Shown here: positions 6,188-15,383 of the stretch, piece after piece
Position numbering within the stretch: position 1 is the first letter of the stretch
Layout: every line of letters begins with the position of its first letter
The notes under the pieces: model-generated
Databases searched by the model: none
Seen by the model: only the letters and a program-made list of their open reading frames with translations
Told to the model about the DNA's origin: nothing
Virus record (IMG/VR): IMGVR_UViG_3300045988_130236
DNA: 18,664 nt
Reading direction: 5' to 3' (one strand)
Origin: a virus
Lineage: Duplodnaviria; Heunggongvirae; Uroviricota; Caudoviricetes
Program-made: the position numbers and the translations under genes

Positions 6188-7959
6188 CAGTAAAACTCCA
6201 GAATGGTGGATGTCAGCGGGGTGCTGATACCGGCGGTGAGTGGCTCATTTAACAGGGCGTGCATGGTCGCCCAGGCGAGGTCGGCGTGGCTGGCTTCCTC
6301 GCTGCGGCTGGCCTCATAGGTGGCGCTGCGTCCGCTGCTGGTCATGGTCTTGCGGATAGCCATAAACGAGCTGGTGATGTCGGTGGCGCTGACGTCATAT
6401 TCCAGACAGCCACGGCGGATAACGTCTTTTGCCTTGAGCACCATTGCGGTTTTCATTTCCGGCGTGTAGCGGATATCGCGCGCGGCGGGATAGAACGAGC
6501 GAACGAGCTGGAACACGCCGACACCGAGGCCGGTGGCATCAATTCCGATGTATTCGACGTTGTATTTTTCGGTGAGTTTGCGGATGGATTCAGCCTGGGT
6601 GGCAAAGTCCATGCCTTTCCACTGGTGACGCTCAAGTATTCTGAATTTGCCACCGGCCACCACCGGCGGTGCCAGCACCACGCATCCGGCACTGTCGCCA
6701 CGGTGTGACGGGTCGTAACCAATCCATACCGGACGTGAGCCGAACGGATTGGCGGCAAACGGCGCATAGTCTTCCCATTCTTCCAGCGTGTCGACCATGC
6801 AGCGTTGCAGCTCCTCGAACGGGAACACCGACGCCTTGTCGTCAACAAATTCACACATGAACAGGTTTTTAAAATCGTCGGCGCTGTTTTCACGTTTGAG
6901 CTGCTCAATGTCGAACAGTGTGCAGCCACCTTTCAGGGCATCCTCAATGGTGACAATCTGCCGCCACTGGCCGTCCGCACAGAGAAGACCACCGGCAAGG
7001 GCGTTATGACTGACGTCGATTTCCACGCGTTCGGCGGCGCTGGCGCGTCCCCGGTTGAACAGTTCACCTGACCAGAACGGGTAGGCGTCGTGCGCCAGCG
7101 TGGACGGGGTGGAGAAATAGGTCGAGCGCAGGTGACTCTGTGAGGCCATACCTGATGCTACCTTACGCAGTACCTGAAAATTCGGGATCCAGAAAATCTC
7201 GTCGACGTACAGGTCGCCGTTATGGCTCTGTGCGGTGTTGGAGTTGGTGCCGAGAAAAATCAGTTTTGCACCGTTATTGCCCAGGACAATCGGGTCACCG
7301 GTCAGGTCAACGTCAACCAGCCGGGCAAAGGCAATGATGTATTCGCGGAACACATACGCCTGCGTTTTACTGGCCGACAGAAAAATCTGGTTATGGCCGG
7401 TTTTCAGGGCGCGCAGCAGCGCCTCGCGGGAAAAATAAAACGTCGCGCCAATCTGGCGGGATTTCAGGATATCGCGGATGCGGTGCTCAAGCCCGGCGCG
7501 ATACCAGTGCAACTGATATTCGAAAGACTGCTCAAAGAAAATCTGCTCCAGCTTTTCGATGGCCTCGTCGCTGAAAAAATTCTTTTTCGGTTTGCGACGC
7601 CCGCCTTTGTTGCGGTTAGCGACGTTCGGATTAAGGTCTGCCTCGTTGCCGGTCTGACTGTAGCGGTTTACCCGTGCCAGTCGTTCAATCTGGCGTCCGA
7701 GCAGGTCAATTTCCTTGAAGTCACCGCCGGTTTTCTGCGGTTTTATGATGAGCTGGGTCAGCCGCGCTTCCAGACTCATTTCGACACGGCTGATGGGAGC
7801 AACGCTGTCCCAGCCGTCGCGCTGTTTCCAGCTCTGCACCGTCGGGCGTTTCATCTGCAACATGGCGGCAATCTGCGGCACGGAAAACCCCTGCCAGTAC
7901 AGCAGCGCCGCCTGACGACGCGGGTCGTGTAAAAGAGTGGTGTCTGTGGTGATGGTCAT
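6187..7959 (-). CDS. P: Terminase large (ATPase) subunit (P2 gpP-like)
   Basis: 590 aa from the ATG at 7959 (MTITTDTTLL); the ORF track extends 10 codons further to 7989. Length matches P2 P; divergent from O across a shared control region. Confidence 0.92.
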   Translation of the reverse strand: MTITTDTTLLHDPRRQAALLYWQGFSVPQIAAMLQMKRPTVQSWKQRDGWDSVAPISRVEMSLEARLTQLIIKPQKTGGDFKEIDLLGRQIERLARVNRYSQTGNEADLNPNVANRNKGGRRKPKKNFFSDEAIEKLEQIFFEQSFEYQLHWYRAGLEHRIRDILKSRQIGATFYFSREALLRALKTGHNQIFLSASKTQAYVFREYIIAFARLVDVDLTGDPIVLGNNGAKLIFLGTNSNTAQSHNGDLYVDEIFWIPNFQVLRKVASGMASQSHLRSTYFSTPSTLAHDAYPFWSGELFNRGRASAAERVEIDVSHNALAGGLLCADGQWRQIVTIEDALKGGCTLFDIEQLKRENSADDFKNLFMCEFVDDKASVFPFEELQRCMVDTLEEWEDYAPFAANPFGSRPVWIGYDPSHRGDSAGCVVLAPPVVAGGKFRILERHQWKGMDFATQAESIRKLTEKYNVEYIGIDATGLGVGVFQLVRSFYPAARDIRYTPEMKTAMVLKAKDVIRRGCLEYDVSATDITSSFMAIRKTMTSSGRSATYEASRSEEASHADLAWATMHALLNEPLTAGISTPLTSTILEFY

Positions 7960-8132
7960 GAATACCTCGCCGTGATGAATACACGGCAAGGCTACTGAGT
8001 CGCGCCCCGCGATTCGCTAAGGTGCTGTTGTGTCAGTGATAAGCCATCCGGGACTGATGGCGGAGGATGCGCATCGTCGGGAAACTGATGCCGACATGTG
8101 ACTCCTCTAATCACTATTCAGGACTCCTGACA
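7960..8132. promoter_or_regulatory. Divergent late promoter region (expected Ogr-dependent P_P and P_O)
   Basis: Intergenic region between divergent P and O, where P2 places its late promoters. I found no exact TGT-N12-ACA activator dyad by eye, so this rests on gene organisation only. Confidence 0.35.
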
Positions 8133-8987
8133 ATGGCAAAAAAAGTCTCAAAATTCTTTCGTATCGGCGTTGAGGGTGACACCTGTGACGGGCGTGTCAT
8201 CAGTGCGCAGGATATTCAGGAAATGGCCGAAACCTTTGACCCGCGTGTCTATGGTTGCCGCATTAACCTGGAACATCTGCGCGGCATCCTGCCTGACGGT
8301 ATTTTTAAGCGTTATGGCGATGTGGCCGAACTGAAGGCCGAAAAGATTGACGATGATTCGGCGCTGAAAGGCAAATGGGCGCTGTTTGCGAAAATCACCC
8401 CGACCGATGACCTTATCGCGATGAACAAGGCCGCGCAGAAGGTCTACACCTCAATGGAAATTCAGCCGAACTTTGCCAACACCGGCAAATGTTATCTGGT
8501 GGGTCTGGCCGTCACCGATGACCCGGCAAGCCTCGGCACGGAATACCTGGAATTCTGCCGCACGGCAAAACACAACCCCCTGAACCGCTTCAAATTAAGC
8601 CCTGAAAACCTGATTTCAGTGGCAACGCCTGTTGAGCTGGAATTTGAAGACCTGCCTGAAACCGTGTTCACCGCCCTGACCGAAAAGGTGAAATCCATTT
8701 TTGGCCGCAAACAGGCCAGCGATGACGCCCGTCTGAATGACGTGCATGAAGCGGTGACCGCTGTCGCTGAGCATGTGCAGGAAAAACTGAGCGCCACTGA
8801 GCAGCGCCTCGCTGAGATGGAAACCGCCTTTTCCGCACTTAAGCAGGAGGTGACTGACAGGGCGGATGAAACCAGCCAGGCATTCACCCGCCTGAAAAAC
8901 AGTCTCGACCACACCGAAAGTCTGACCCAGCAGCGCCGCAGCAAGGCCACCGGTGGTGGCGGTGACGCCCTGATGACGAACTGCTGA
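8133..8987 (+). CDS. O: Capsid scaffolding protein (P2 gpO-like)
   Basis: 284 aa from the ATG at 8133 (MAKKVSKFFRIGVEGDT); length matches P2 O. The ORF-track start at 8067 is an upstream in-frame extension. Confidence 0.9.
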   Translation: MAKKVSKFFRIGVEGDTCDGRVISAQDIQEMAETFDPRVYGCRINLEHLRGILPDGIFKRYGDVAELKAEKIDDDSALKGKWALFAKITPTDDLIAMNKAAQKVYTSMEIQPNFANTGKCYLVGLAVTDDPASLGTEYLEFCRTAKHNPLNRFKLSPENLISVATPVELEFEDLPETVFTALTEKVKSIFGRKQASDDARLNDVHEAVTAVAEHVQEKLSATEQRLAEMETAFSALKQEVTDRADETSQAFTRLKNSLDHTESLTQQRRSKATGGGGDALMTNC

Positions 8988-9045
8988 CCGGCGTCAGTCA
9001 GTCCGGGAAAACCTTCACGATTAACCCTTAATTTCAGGAAAAACT

Positions 9046-10119
9046 ATGCGCCAGGAAACCCGCTTTAAATTTAATGCCTACCTGTCCCGTGTTGCCGAAC
9101 TGAACGGCATCGACGCCGGTGATGTGTCGAAAAAATTCACCGTTGAACCGTCGGTCACCCAGACCCTGATGAACACCATGCAGGAGTCCTCTGACTTTCT
9201 GACCCGCATCAACATTGTGCCGGTCAGCGAAATGAAAGGGGAAAAAATTGGCATCGGTGTCACCGGCTCCATCGCCAGCACCACCGACACCGCCGGTGGC
9301 ACCGAGCGTCAGCCGAAGGACTTCTCGAAGCTGGCGTCAAACAAGTACGAATGCGACCAGATTAACTTCGATTTTTATATCCGCTACAAAACGCTGGACC
9401 TGTGGGCGCGTTATCAGGATTTCCAGCTCCGTGTCCGTAACGCCATTATCAAACGCCAGTCCCTTGATTTCATCATGGCCGGTTTTAACGGCGTGAAGCG
9501 TGCAGAAACCTCTGACCGCAGCAGCAATCCGATGCTGCAGGATGTGGCGGTCGGCTGGCTGCAGAAATACCGCAATGAAGCACCGGCGCGCGTGATGAGC
9601 AAGGTCACTGACGAGGAAGGTCACACGACCTCTGAGGTCATCCGCGTGGGTAAGGGCGGTGATTATGCCAGCCTTGACGCACTGGTGATGGATGCGACCA
9701 ACAACCTGATTGAACCGTGGTATCAGGAAGACCCTGACCTTGTGGTAATTGTGGGTCGTCAGCTACTGGCGGACAAGTATTTCCCCATCGTCAACAAAGA
9801 GCAGGACAACAGCGAAATGCTGGCCGCTGACGTCATCATCAGCCAGAAACGCATCGGTAACCTGCCGGCGGTACGCGTCCCGTACTTCCCGGCGGATGCG
9901 ATGCTCATCACGAAGCTGGAAAACCTGTCCATCTACTACATGGATGACAGCCATCGCCGCGTGATTGAGGAAAACCCGAAACTCGACCGCGTGGAGAACT
10001 ACGAGTCAATGAACATTGATTACGTGGTGGAAGACTACGCCGCCGGTTGCCTGGTGGAAAAAATTAAGGTCGGTGATTTCTCCACACCGGCTAAAGCGAC
10101 CGCAGAGCCGGGAGCGTAA
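9046..10119 (+). CDS. N: Major capsid protein (P2 gpN-like)
   Basis: 357 aa, SD agga upstream, MRQETRFKFNAYLSRVAELNGIDAGD; size and position fit P2 N. Confidence 0.92.
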   Translation: MRQETRFKFNAYLSRVAELNGIDAGDVSKKFTVEPSVTQTLMNTMQESSDFLTRINIVPVSEMKGEKIGIGVTGSIASTTDTAGGTERQPKDFSKLASNKYECDQINFDFYIRYKTLDLWARYQDFQLRVRNAIIKRQSLDFIMAGFNGVKRAETSDRSSNPMLQDVAVGWLQKYRNEAPARVMSKVTDEEGHTTSEVIRVGKGGDYASLDALVMDATNNLIEPWYQEDPDLVVIVGRQLLADKYFPIVNKEQDNSEMLAADVIISQKRIGNLPAVRVPYFPADAMLITKLENLSIYYMDDSHRRVIEENPKLDRVENYESMNIDYVVEDYAAGCLVEKIKVGDFSTPAKATAEPGA

Positions 10120-10122
10120 CCG

Positions 10123-10866
10123 ATGACGAGTCCCGCACAGCGCCACATGATGCGGGTCTCGGCAGCGATGACCGCGCAGCGGGAAGCCGCCCCGCTGCGA
10201 CATGCAACTGTCTATGAGCAGATGCTGGTCAAGCTGGCCGCAGACCAGCGCACACTGAAAGCGATTTATTCAAAAGAGCTTAAGGCCGCGAAAAAACGCG
10301 AACTGCTGCCGTTCTGGTTGCCGTGGGTGAACGGCGTGCTGGAGCAGGGCAAAGGTGCACAGGATGACATTCTGATGACGGTCATGCTGTGGCGTCTGGA
10401 TACCGGCGATATTGCCGGTGCGCTGGAGATTGCCCGTTATGCCCTGAAGTACGGTCTGACCATGCCGGGTAAACACCGCCGCACCCCGCCGTACATGTTC
10501 ACCGAGGAGGTGGCGCTCGCGGCCATGCGCGCCCACGCTGCCGGTGAGTCTGTGGATACCCGCCTGCTGACGGAGACCCTTGCACTGACCGCCACGGCAG
10601 ACATGCCTGATGAAGTGCGCGCAAAGCTGCACAAAATCACCGGTCTGTTTCTGCGTGACGCTGGTGATGCCGCCGGTGCGCTGGCTCACCTGCAACGTGC
10701 GACACAGCTCGACTGTCAGGCAGGCGTCAAAAAAGAGATTGAACGACTGGAGCGGGAGCTGAAACCGAAGCCGGAGCCGCAGCCCAAAGCGGCCACCCGC
10801 GCCCCGCGTAAGACCCGGAGCGTGACACCGGCAAAACGTGGACGCCCGAAAAAGAAAGCCAGTTAA
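10123..10866 (+). CDS. M: Terminase small (endonuclease) subunit (P2 gpM-like)
   Basis: 247 aa, directly after N, with a basic C-terminal tail (RKTRSVTPAKRGRPKKKAS); matches P2 M in length and order. Confidence 0.9.
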   Translation: MTSPAQRHMMRVSAAMTAQREAAPLRHATVYEQMLVKLAADQRTLKAIYSKELKAAKKRELLPFWLPWVNGVLEQGKGAQDDILMTVMLWRLDTGDIAGALEIARYALKYGLTMPGKHRRTPPYMFTEEVALAAMRAHAAGESVDTRLLTETLALTATADMPDEVRAKLHKITGLFLRDAGDAAGALAHLQRATQLDCQAGVKKEIERLERELKPKPEPQPKAATRAPRKTRSVTPAKRGRPKKKAS

Positions 10867-10965
10867 CAACCGAATGCGCCCCGCGCCAGGGCGGCACGCC
10901 GGTCAGTGAGGGTGAATCACCTGACACTGCACCGGCGTCCACCGCCCGACTTTTCAGAGGTAGTC

Positions 10966-11475
10966 ATGATGACGCTGATTATTCCGCGAAAGGAGGCTCC
11001 AGTGTCCGGTGAGGGTACGGTGGTCATCCCGCAACCGGCAGGCGACGAGCCGGTGATTAAAAACACGTTCTTTTTTCCCGATATCGACCCGAAGCGCGTC
11101 CGGGAACGTATGCGCCTTGAGCAGACCGTCGCCCCCGCCCGTCTGCGTGAGGCCATCAAGTCAGGCATGGCTGAAACAAATGCGGAGCTGTACGAGTACC
11201 GCGAACAGAAAATTGCCGCCGGTTTTACGCGTCTGGCGGACGTTCCGGCGGACGACATCGACGGTGAAAGTATCAAAGTTTTTTACTACGAGCGCGCCGT
11301 GTGTGCGATGGCGACCGCGTCGCTTTATGAGCGTTACCGCGGCGTGGATGCCAGTGCGAAAGGCGACAAGAAGGCCGACAGCATTGACAGCACCATTGAT
11401 GAGCTGTGGCGGGATATGCGCTGGGCAGTGGCGCGCATCCAGGACAAGCCGCGCTGCATCGTGAGTCAAATCTGA
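10966..11475 (+). CDS. L: Head completion/stabilisation protein (P2 gpL-like)
   Basis: 169 aa from the ATG at 10966 (MMTLIIPRKEAP) with SD gagg 6 nt upstream; the ORF-track start at 10906 is an extension. Confidence 0.88.
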   Translation: MMTLIIPRKEAPVSGEGTVVIPQPAGDEPVIKNTFFFPDIDPKRVRERMRLEQTVAPARLREAIKSGMAETNAELYEYREQKIAAGFTRLADVPADDIDGESIKVFYYERAVCAMATASLYERYRGVDASAKGDKKADSIDSTIDELWRDMRWAVARIQDKPRCIVSQI

Positions 11476-11678
11476 TGAAGACCTTTGCGCTACAGGGCGA
11501 CACGCTCGACGCCATTTGTGTCCGGTATTACGGGCGCACTGAGGGCGTGGTTGAGGCCGTGCTCGCCGCAAATCCGGGACTGGCTGAACTGGGTGCGGTG
11601 CTGCCGCACGGCACCGCCGTCGAACTGCCCGACGTTCAGACCGCGCCCGTGGCTGAAACTGTCAATCTGTGGGAGTAA
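11475..11678 (+). CDS. X: Small tail-associated protein (P2 gpX-like)
   Basis: 67 aa (MKTFALQGDTLDAICVRYYG); start overlaps the L stop (tgATGa). Size fits P2 X. Confidence 0.85.
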   Translation: MKTFALQGDTLDAICVRYYGRTEGVVEAVLAANPGLAELGAVLPHGTAVELPDVQTAPVAETVNLWE

Positions 11679-11681
11679 CGC

Positions 11682-11963
11682 ATGACAGCAGAAGAAAAAA
11701 GCGTCCTGTCGCTTTTCATGATTGGGGTGCTGATTGTTGTCGGCAAGGTGCTTGCCGGTGGTGAACCCATCACCCCGCGTCTGTTTATCGGGCGCATGTT
11801 GCTCGGTGGTTTTGTCTCGATGGTTGCCGGTGTTGTTCTGGTGCAGTTTCCTGACCTGTCACTGCCTGCGGTGTGCGGCATCGGCTCCATGCTGGGTATC
11901 GCCGGTTATCAGGTGATTGAGATTGCCATTCAGCGCCGCTTTAAGGGCAGGGGGAAACAGTAA
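11682..11963 (+). CDS. Y: Holin (P2 gpY-like)
   Basis: 93 aa with two or three TM segments and a charged C-terminus (QRRFKGRGKQ); sits immediately before the endolysin. Confidence 0.88.
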   Translation: MTAEEKSVLSLFMIGVLIVVGKVLAGGEPITPRLFIGRMLLGGFVSMVAGVVLVQFPDLSLPAVCGIGSMLGIAGYQVIEIAIQRRFKGRGKQ

Positions 11964-12460
11964 TGCCGGTAATTAACACGCATCAGAATATCGCTGCCTT
12001 TCTCGACATGCTGGCCGTGTCCGAAGGGACGGCGAATCACCCGCTGACGAAAAACCGGGGCTATGACGTGATAGTCACCGGACTGGACGGGAAGCCGGAA
12101 ATCTTCACCGACTACAGTGACCACCCGTTCGCACATGGCCGACCGGCGAAGGTGTTTAACCGTCGCGGTGAAAAATCCACGGCCTCCGGTCGCTATCAGC
12201 AGCTTTACCTGTTCTGGCCGCACTACCGCAAACAGCTTGCCCTGCCGGATTTCAGTCCGTTGTCGCAGGACAGACTCGCCATTCAGTTGATCCGCGAACG
12301 CGGTGCACTGGATGACATCCGGGCGGGACGCATTGAGCGCGCCATTTCACGCTGTCGCAATATCTGGGCGTCCCTGCCGGGTGCCGGTTACGGTCAGCGT
12401 GAGCATTCACTGGAAAAACTGGTCACCGTCTGGCGTACCGCTGGCGGCGTACCGGCTTAA
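11963..12460 (+). CDS. K: Endolysin, lysozyme-like (P2 gpK-like)
   Basis: 165 aa, start overlaps the Y stop (taATG); size and order match P2 K. Confidence 0.9.
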   Translation: MPVINTHQNIAAFLDMLAVSEGTANHPLTKNRGYDVIVTGLDGKPEIFTDYSDHPFAHGRPAKVFNRRGEKSTASGRYQQLYLFWPHYRKQLALPDFSPLSQDRLAIQLIRERGALDDIRAGRIERAISRCRNIWASLPGAGYGQREHSLEKLVTVWRTAGGVPA

Positions 12461-12474
12461 ACGGAGTAAACACC

Positions 12475-12900
12475 ATGAAGAAATTATCCCTTTCACTGAT
12501 GCTGAATGTGTCGCTGGCGCTGATGCTTGCACTGTCCCTGATTTACCCGCAGAGCGTGGCCGTCAATTTTGTCGCCACCTGGGCGATTCTGGCGACGGTT
12601 ATCTGTGTGGTTGCCGGTGGTGTCGGCGTGTATGCCACTGAGTATGTGCTGGAACGCTACGGGTGGGAGCTGCCACCGGAGTCGCTGGCCGTGAAGATTG
12701 TCATGTCGCTGTTTTTGCAGCCGGTGCCGTGGTGCAGACGGGCGGCGGCTCTGGTGGTGATGGTGGCGACATTTATCTCGCTGGTCGCTGCCGGGTGGAT
12801 TTTTACCGCGCTGATTTATCTCGTGGCGTCGGTGTTCTTCCGGCTGATACGTACGGCCTGCCGTCAACGTCTTGAGGGGCGGGAACCATGTCAAAGCTGA
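12475..12900 (+). CDS. lysA: Lysis-timing membrane protein (P2 LysA-like)
   Basis: 141 aa, four hydrophobic segments; position after K as in P2. Confidence 0.85.
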   Translation: MKKLSLSLMLNVSLALMLALSLIYPQSVAVNFVATWAILATVICVVAGGVGVYATEYVLERYGWELPPESLAVKIVMSLFLQPVPWCRRAAALVVMVATFISLVAAGWIFTALIYLVASVFFRLIRTACRQRLEGREPCQS

Positions 12901-13313
12901 TGATTGTGCTGGTTGTGTTGTTATCGCTGGCGGTGGCGGGGCTGTTTCTGGCGAAGCATGAAAACGCCAGCCTGCGCGCCTCGCTGGACAGGGTGAACAA
13001 CGTCGCCAGTGAACAGCAGACGACCATCACCATGCTGAAAAACCAGCTTCATGTTGCACTCACCAGGGCAGACAAAAACGAGCTGGCGCAGGTGGCACTG
13101 CGTCAGGAACTGGAGAACGCCGCGAAACGTGAAGCACAGCGCGAGAAAACCATCACGAGGTTACTGAATGAAAACGAGGATTTTCGCCGCTGGTATGGCG
13201 CTGACCTGCCTGATGCTGTGCGCCGGTTGCACCAGCGTCCGGCCTGCACTGACGCCAGTGATTGTCGCCAACGCCTGCCCGAAAGTGAGCCTTTGCCCGA
13301 TGCCGGGCAGTGA
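12888..13313 (+). CDS. lysB: Rz-like inner-membrane spanin (P2 LysB-like)
   Basis: 141 aa with an N-terminal TM anchor (MSKLMIVLVVLLSLAVAGLF) followed by a coiled-coil-like region. Confidence 0.85.
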   Translation: MSKLMIVLVVLLSLAVAGLFLAKHENASLRASLDRVNNVASEQQTTITMLKNQLHVALTRADKNELAQVALRQELENAAKREAQREKTITRLLNENEDFRRWYGADLPDAVRRLHQRPACTDASDCRQRLPESEPLPDAGQ

Positions 13314-13458
13314 CCCGCAGACGAACGGCGATTTAAGTGCCGATATCCGGCAGCTTGAGAACGCGCTGGCACGCTGTGCCAGCCAGGTAAAAATGATTAA
13401 ACACTGTCAGGACGAAAACGATGCTCAAACCCGACAGCCTGCGCAGGGCGCTGACTGA
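13168..13458 (+). CDS. lysC: Rz1-like outer-membrane lipoprotein spanin (P2 LysC-like), embedded in a different frame of lysB
   Basis: 96 aa with a lipoprotein signal and lipobox (MLCAGC) and a proline-rich region; overlaps the lysB 3' half out of frame. Confidence 0.82.
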   Translation: MKTRIFAAGMALTCLMLCAGCTSVRPALTPVIVANACPKVSLCPMPGSDPQTNGDLSADIRQLENALARCASQVKMIKHCQDENDAQTRQPAQGAD

Positions 13459-13888
13459 TGCCGTCACGGTGCTGAAAACTAACCCCGATATGCTGCGGAT
13501 ATTCGTGGATAACGGGAGTATTGCCTCCACACTGGCGGCGTCGTTGTCATTCGAAAAGCGTTACACGCTCAATGTCATTGTGACCGACTTTACCGGTGAT
13601 TTTGACCTGCTCATCGTGCCGGTGCTGGCGTGGCTGCGGGAAAATCAGCCCGACATCATGACCACCGACGCAGGCCAGAAAAAGGGCTTCACGTTTTATG
13701 CAGACATCAACAATGACAGCAGCTTTGATATCAGCATCAGCCTGATGCTGACCGAGCGCACGCTGGTCAGTGAGGTGGACGGCGCACTGCATGTGAAGAA
13801 TATCCCGGAACCCCAGCCGCCGGAGCCGGTCACCCGCCCGATGGAGCTGTATATCAATGGCGAACTGGTGAGCAAGTGGGATGAATGA
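13421..13888 (+). CDS. R: Tail completion protein (P2 gpR-like)
   Basis: 155 aa; size and order match P2 R. Confidence 0.88.
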   Translation: MLKPDSLRRALTDAVTVLKTNPDMLRIFVDNGSIASTLAASLSFEKRYTLNVIVTDFTGDFDLLIVPVLAWLRENQPDIMTTDAGQKKGFTFYADINNDSSFDISISLMLTERTLVSEVDGALHVKNIPEPQPPEPVTRPMELYINGELVSKWDE

Positions 13889-14333
13889 GTTTAAGCGTTT
13901 TGAAGACCGGCTGACCGGACTGATTGAATCGCTGTCACCGTCAGGGCGTCGACGACTGAGCGCCGAACTGGCGAAACGTCTGCGTCAGAGTCAGCAGCGT
14001 CGGGTGATGGCACAGAAAGCCCCTGACGGCACACCCTACGCGCCACGCCAGCAGCAGAGCGCCAGAAAAAAGACCGGTCGCGTTAAGCGAAAAATGTTTG
14101 CGAAACTTATCACCAGTCGTTTTTTGCATATCCGCGCCAGCCCGGAGCAGGCATCAATGGAATTTTACGGCGGAAAGTCACCGAAAATCGCCAGTGTGCA
14201 TCAGTTTGGTCTGTCGGAAGAAAACCGGAAAGACGGTAAGAAAATTGATTATCCGGCGCGCCCTCTGCTCGGCTTCACCGGTGAGGATGTGCAGATGATT
14301 GAAGAGATTATTCTGGCTCACCTCGACCGTTAG
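13881..14333 (+). CDS. S: Tail completion protein (P2 gpS-like)
   Basis: 150 aa; start overlaps the R stop; size and order match P2 S. Confidence 0.88.
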   Translation: MNEFKRFEDRLTGLIESLSPSGRRRLSAELAKRLRQSQQRRVMAQKAPDGTPYAPRQQQSARKKTGRVKRKMFAKLITSRFLHIRASPEQASMEFYGGKSPKIASVHQFGLSEENRKDGKKIDYPARPLLGFTGEDVQMIEEIILAHLDR

Positions 14334-14364
14334 TTGTGCCATTCCCGACACCTCATCGTCACAT

Positions 14365-14387
14365 TGCCGCCGGTATGACCCGGCGGC
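14365..14387 (+). terminator. GC-rich hairpin between S and V (possible operon boundary terminator or attenuator)
   Basis: tgccgccgg tatga ccggcggca, a 9-bp stem. There is no U-tract after it, so function is uncertain. It sits where P2 separates the O..S and V..G late operons. Confidence 0.3.
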
Positions 14388-14399
14388 ATCCTTCCCGTT

Positions 14400-15035
14400 A
14401 TGAACACTCTCGCAAATATTCAGGAACTCGCGCGCGCACTGCGCAACATGATCCGCACCGGCATTATCGTCGAAACCGACCTTAACGCCGGTCGCTGCCG
14501 TGTGCAGACCGGCGGCATGTGCACCGACTGGCTTCAGTGGCTGACCCATCGTGCCGGACGTTCGCGTACATGGTGGGCACCTTCCGTGGGGGAACAGGTG
14601 CTGATTCTGGCCGTGGGCGGTGAACTCGACACGGCGTTCGTTCTGCCGGGGATTTATTCCGGCGATAACCCCGCGCCGTCTGCGTCGGCGGATGCCCTGC
14701 ATATCCGTTTCCCTGACGGGGCGGTGATTGAGTATGAACCCGAAACCAGTGCACTCACGGTAAGCGGAATTAAAACGGCCAGCGTGACGGCTTCTGATTC
14801 TGTTACTGCCACGGTGCCGGTGGTCACGGTGAAAGCATCAACCCGCGTCACCCTGGACACACCGGAGGTGGTCTGCACCAACAGGCTGATTACCGGCACG
14901 CTGGAAGTGCAGAAGGGCGGGACGATGCGCGGCAACATTGAACACACCGGCGGTGAACTCTCATCAAACGGTAAGGTACTGCATACCCATAAACACCCCG
15001 GCGACAGCGGCGGCACAACCGGGAGTCCTCTATGA
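14400..15035 (+). CDS. V: Baseplate central spike/hub protein (P2 gpV-like)
   Basis: 211 aa (MNTLANIQELARALRNMIRTGII); matches P2 V in size and position. Confidence 0.9.
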   Translation: MNTLANIQELARALRNMIRTGIIVETDLNAGRCRVQTGGMCTDWLQWLTHRAGRSRTWWAPSVGEQVLILAVGGELDTAFVLPGIYSGDNPAPSASADALHIRFPDGAVIEYEPETSALTVSGIKTASVTASDSVTATVPVVTVKASTRVTLDTPEVVCTNRLITGTLEVQKGGTMRGNIEHTGGELSSNGKVLHTHKHPGDSGGTTGSPL

Positions 15036-15379
15036 CAGCGCGTTATCTCGGAATGAATCGCAGTGATGGCCTGACTGTCACTGACCTTGAGCATATCAGC
15101 CAGAGTATCGGCGATATCCTGCGCACACCGGTCGGCTCACGGGTGATGCGTCGTGATTACGGCTCGTTGCTGGCGTCAATGATTGACCAGCCGCAGACCC
15201 CGGCGCTTGAGTTGCAGATTAAGGTCGCCTGTTACATGGCGGTGCTGAAATGGGAACCCCGCGTCACCCTGTCATCCGTCACCACTGAGCGCAGTTTTGA
15301 CGGGAGAATGACGGTCACGTTAACCGGCCAGCACAACGACACCGGCCAGCCACTTTCGTTAACCATCCCTGTGAGTTGA
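15032..15379 (+). CDS. W: Baseplate wedge protein (P2 gpW / T4 gp25-like)
   Basis: 115 aa; overlaps the V stop (ATGA); order V-W-J-I as in P2. Confidence 0.9.
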   Translation: MTARYLGMNRSDGLTVTDLEHISQSIGDILRTPVGSRVMRRDYGSLLASMIDQPQTPALELQIKVACYMAVLKWEPRVTLSSVTTERSFDGRMTVTLTGQHNDTGQPLSLTIPVS

Positions 15380-15383
15380 AACC

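Noticed and set aside
5326-7984. Many ORFs of 60-236 aa antisense to or overlapping Q and P (for example 5626-6105 minus, 5345-5803 plus, 6259-6708 plus, 6453-6929 minus, 7222-7932 plus)
   Set aside because: They lie inside well-supported, high-GC structural genes in other frames or on the opposite strand. High GC suppresses stop codons, and the products are low-complexity Arg/Ala/Pro-rich strings without SDs. Judged to be artefacts.
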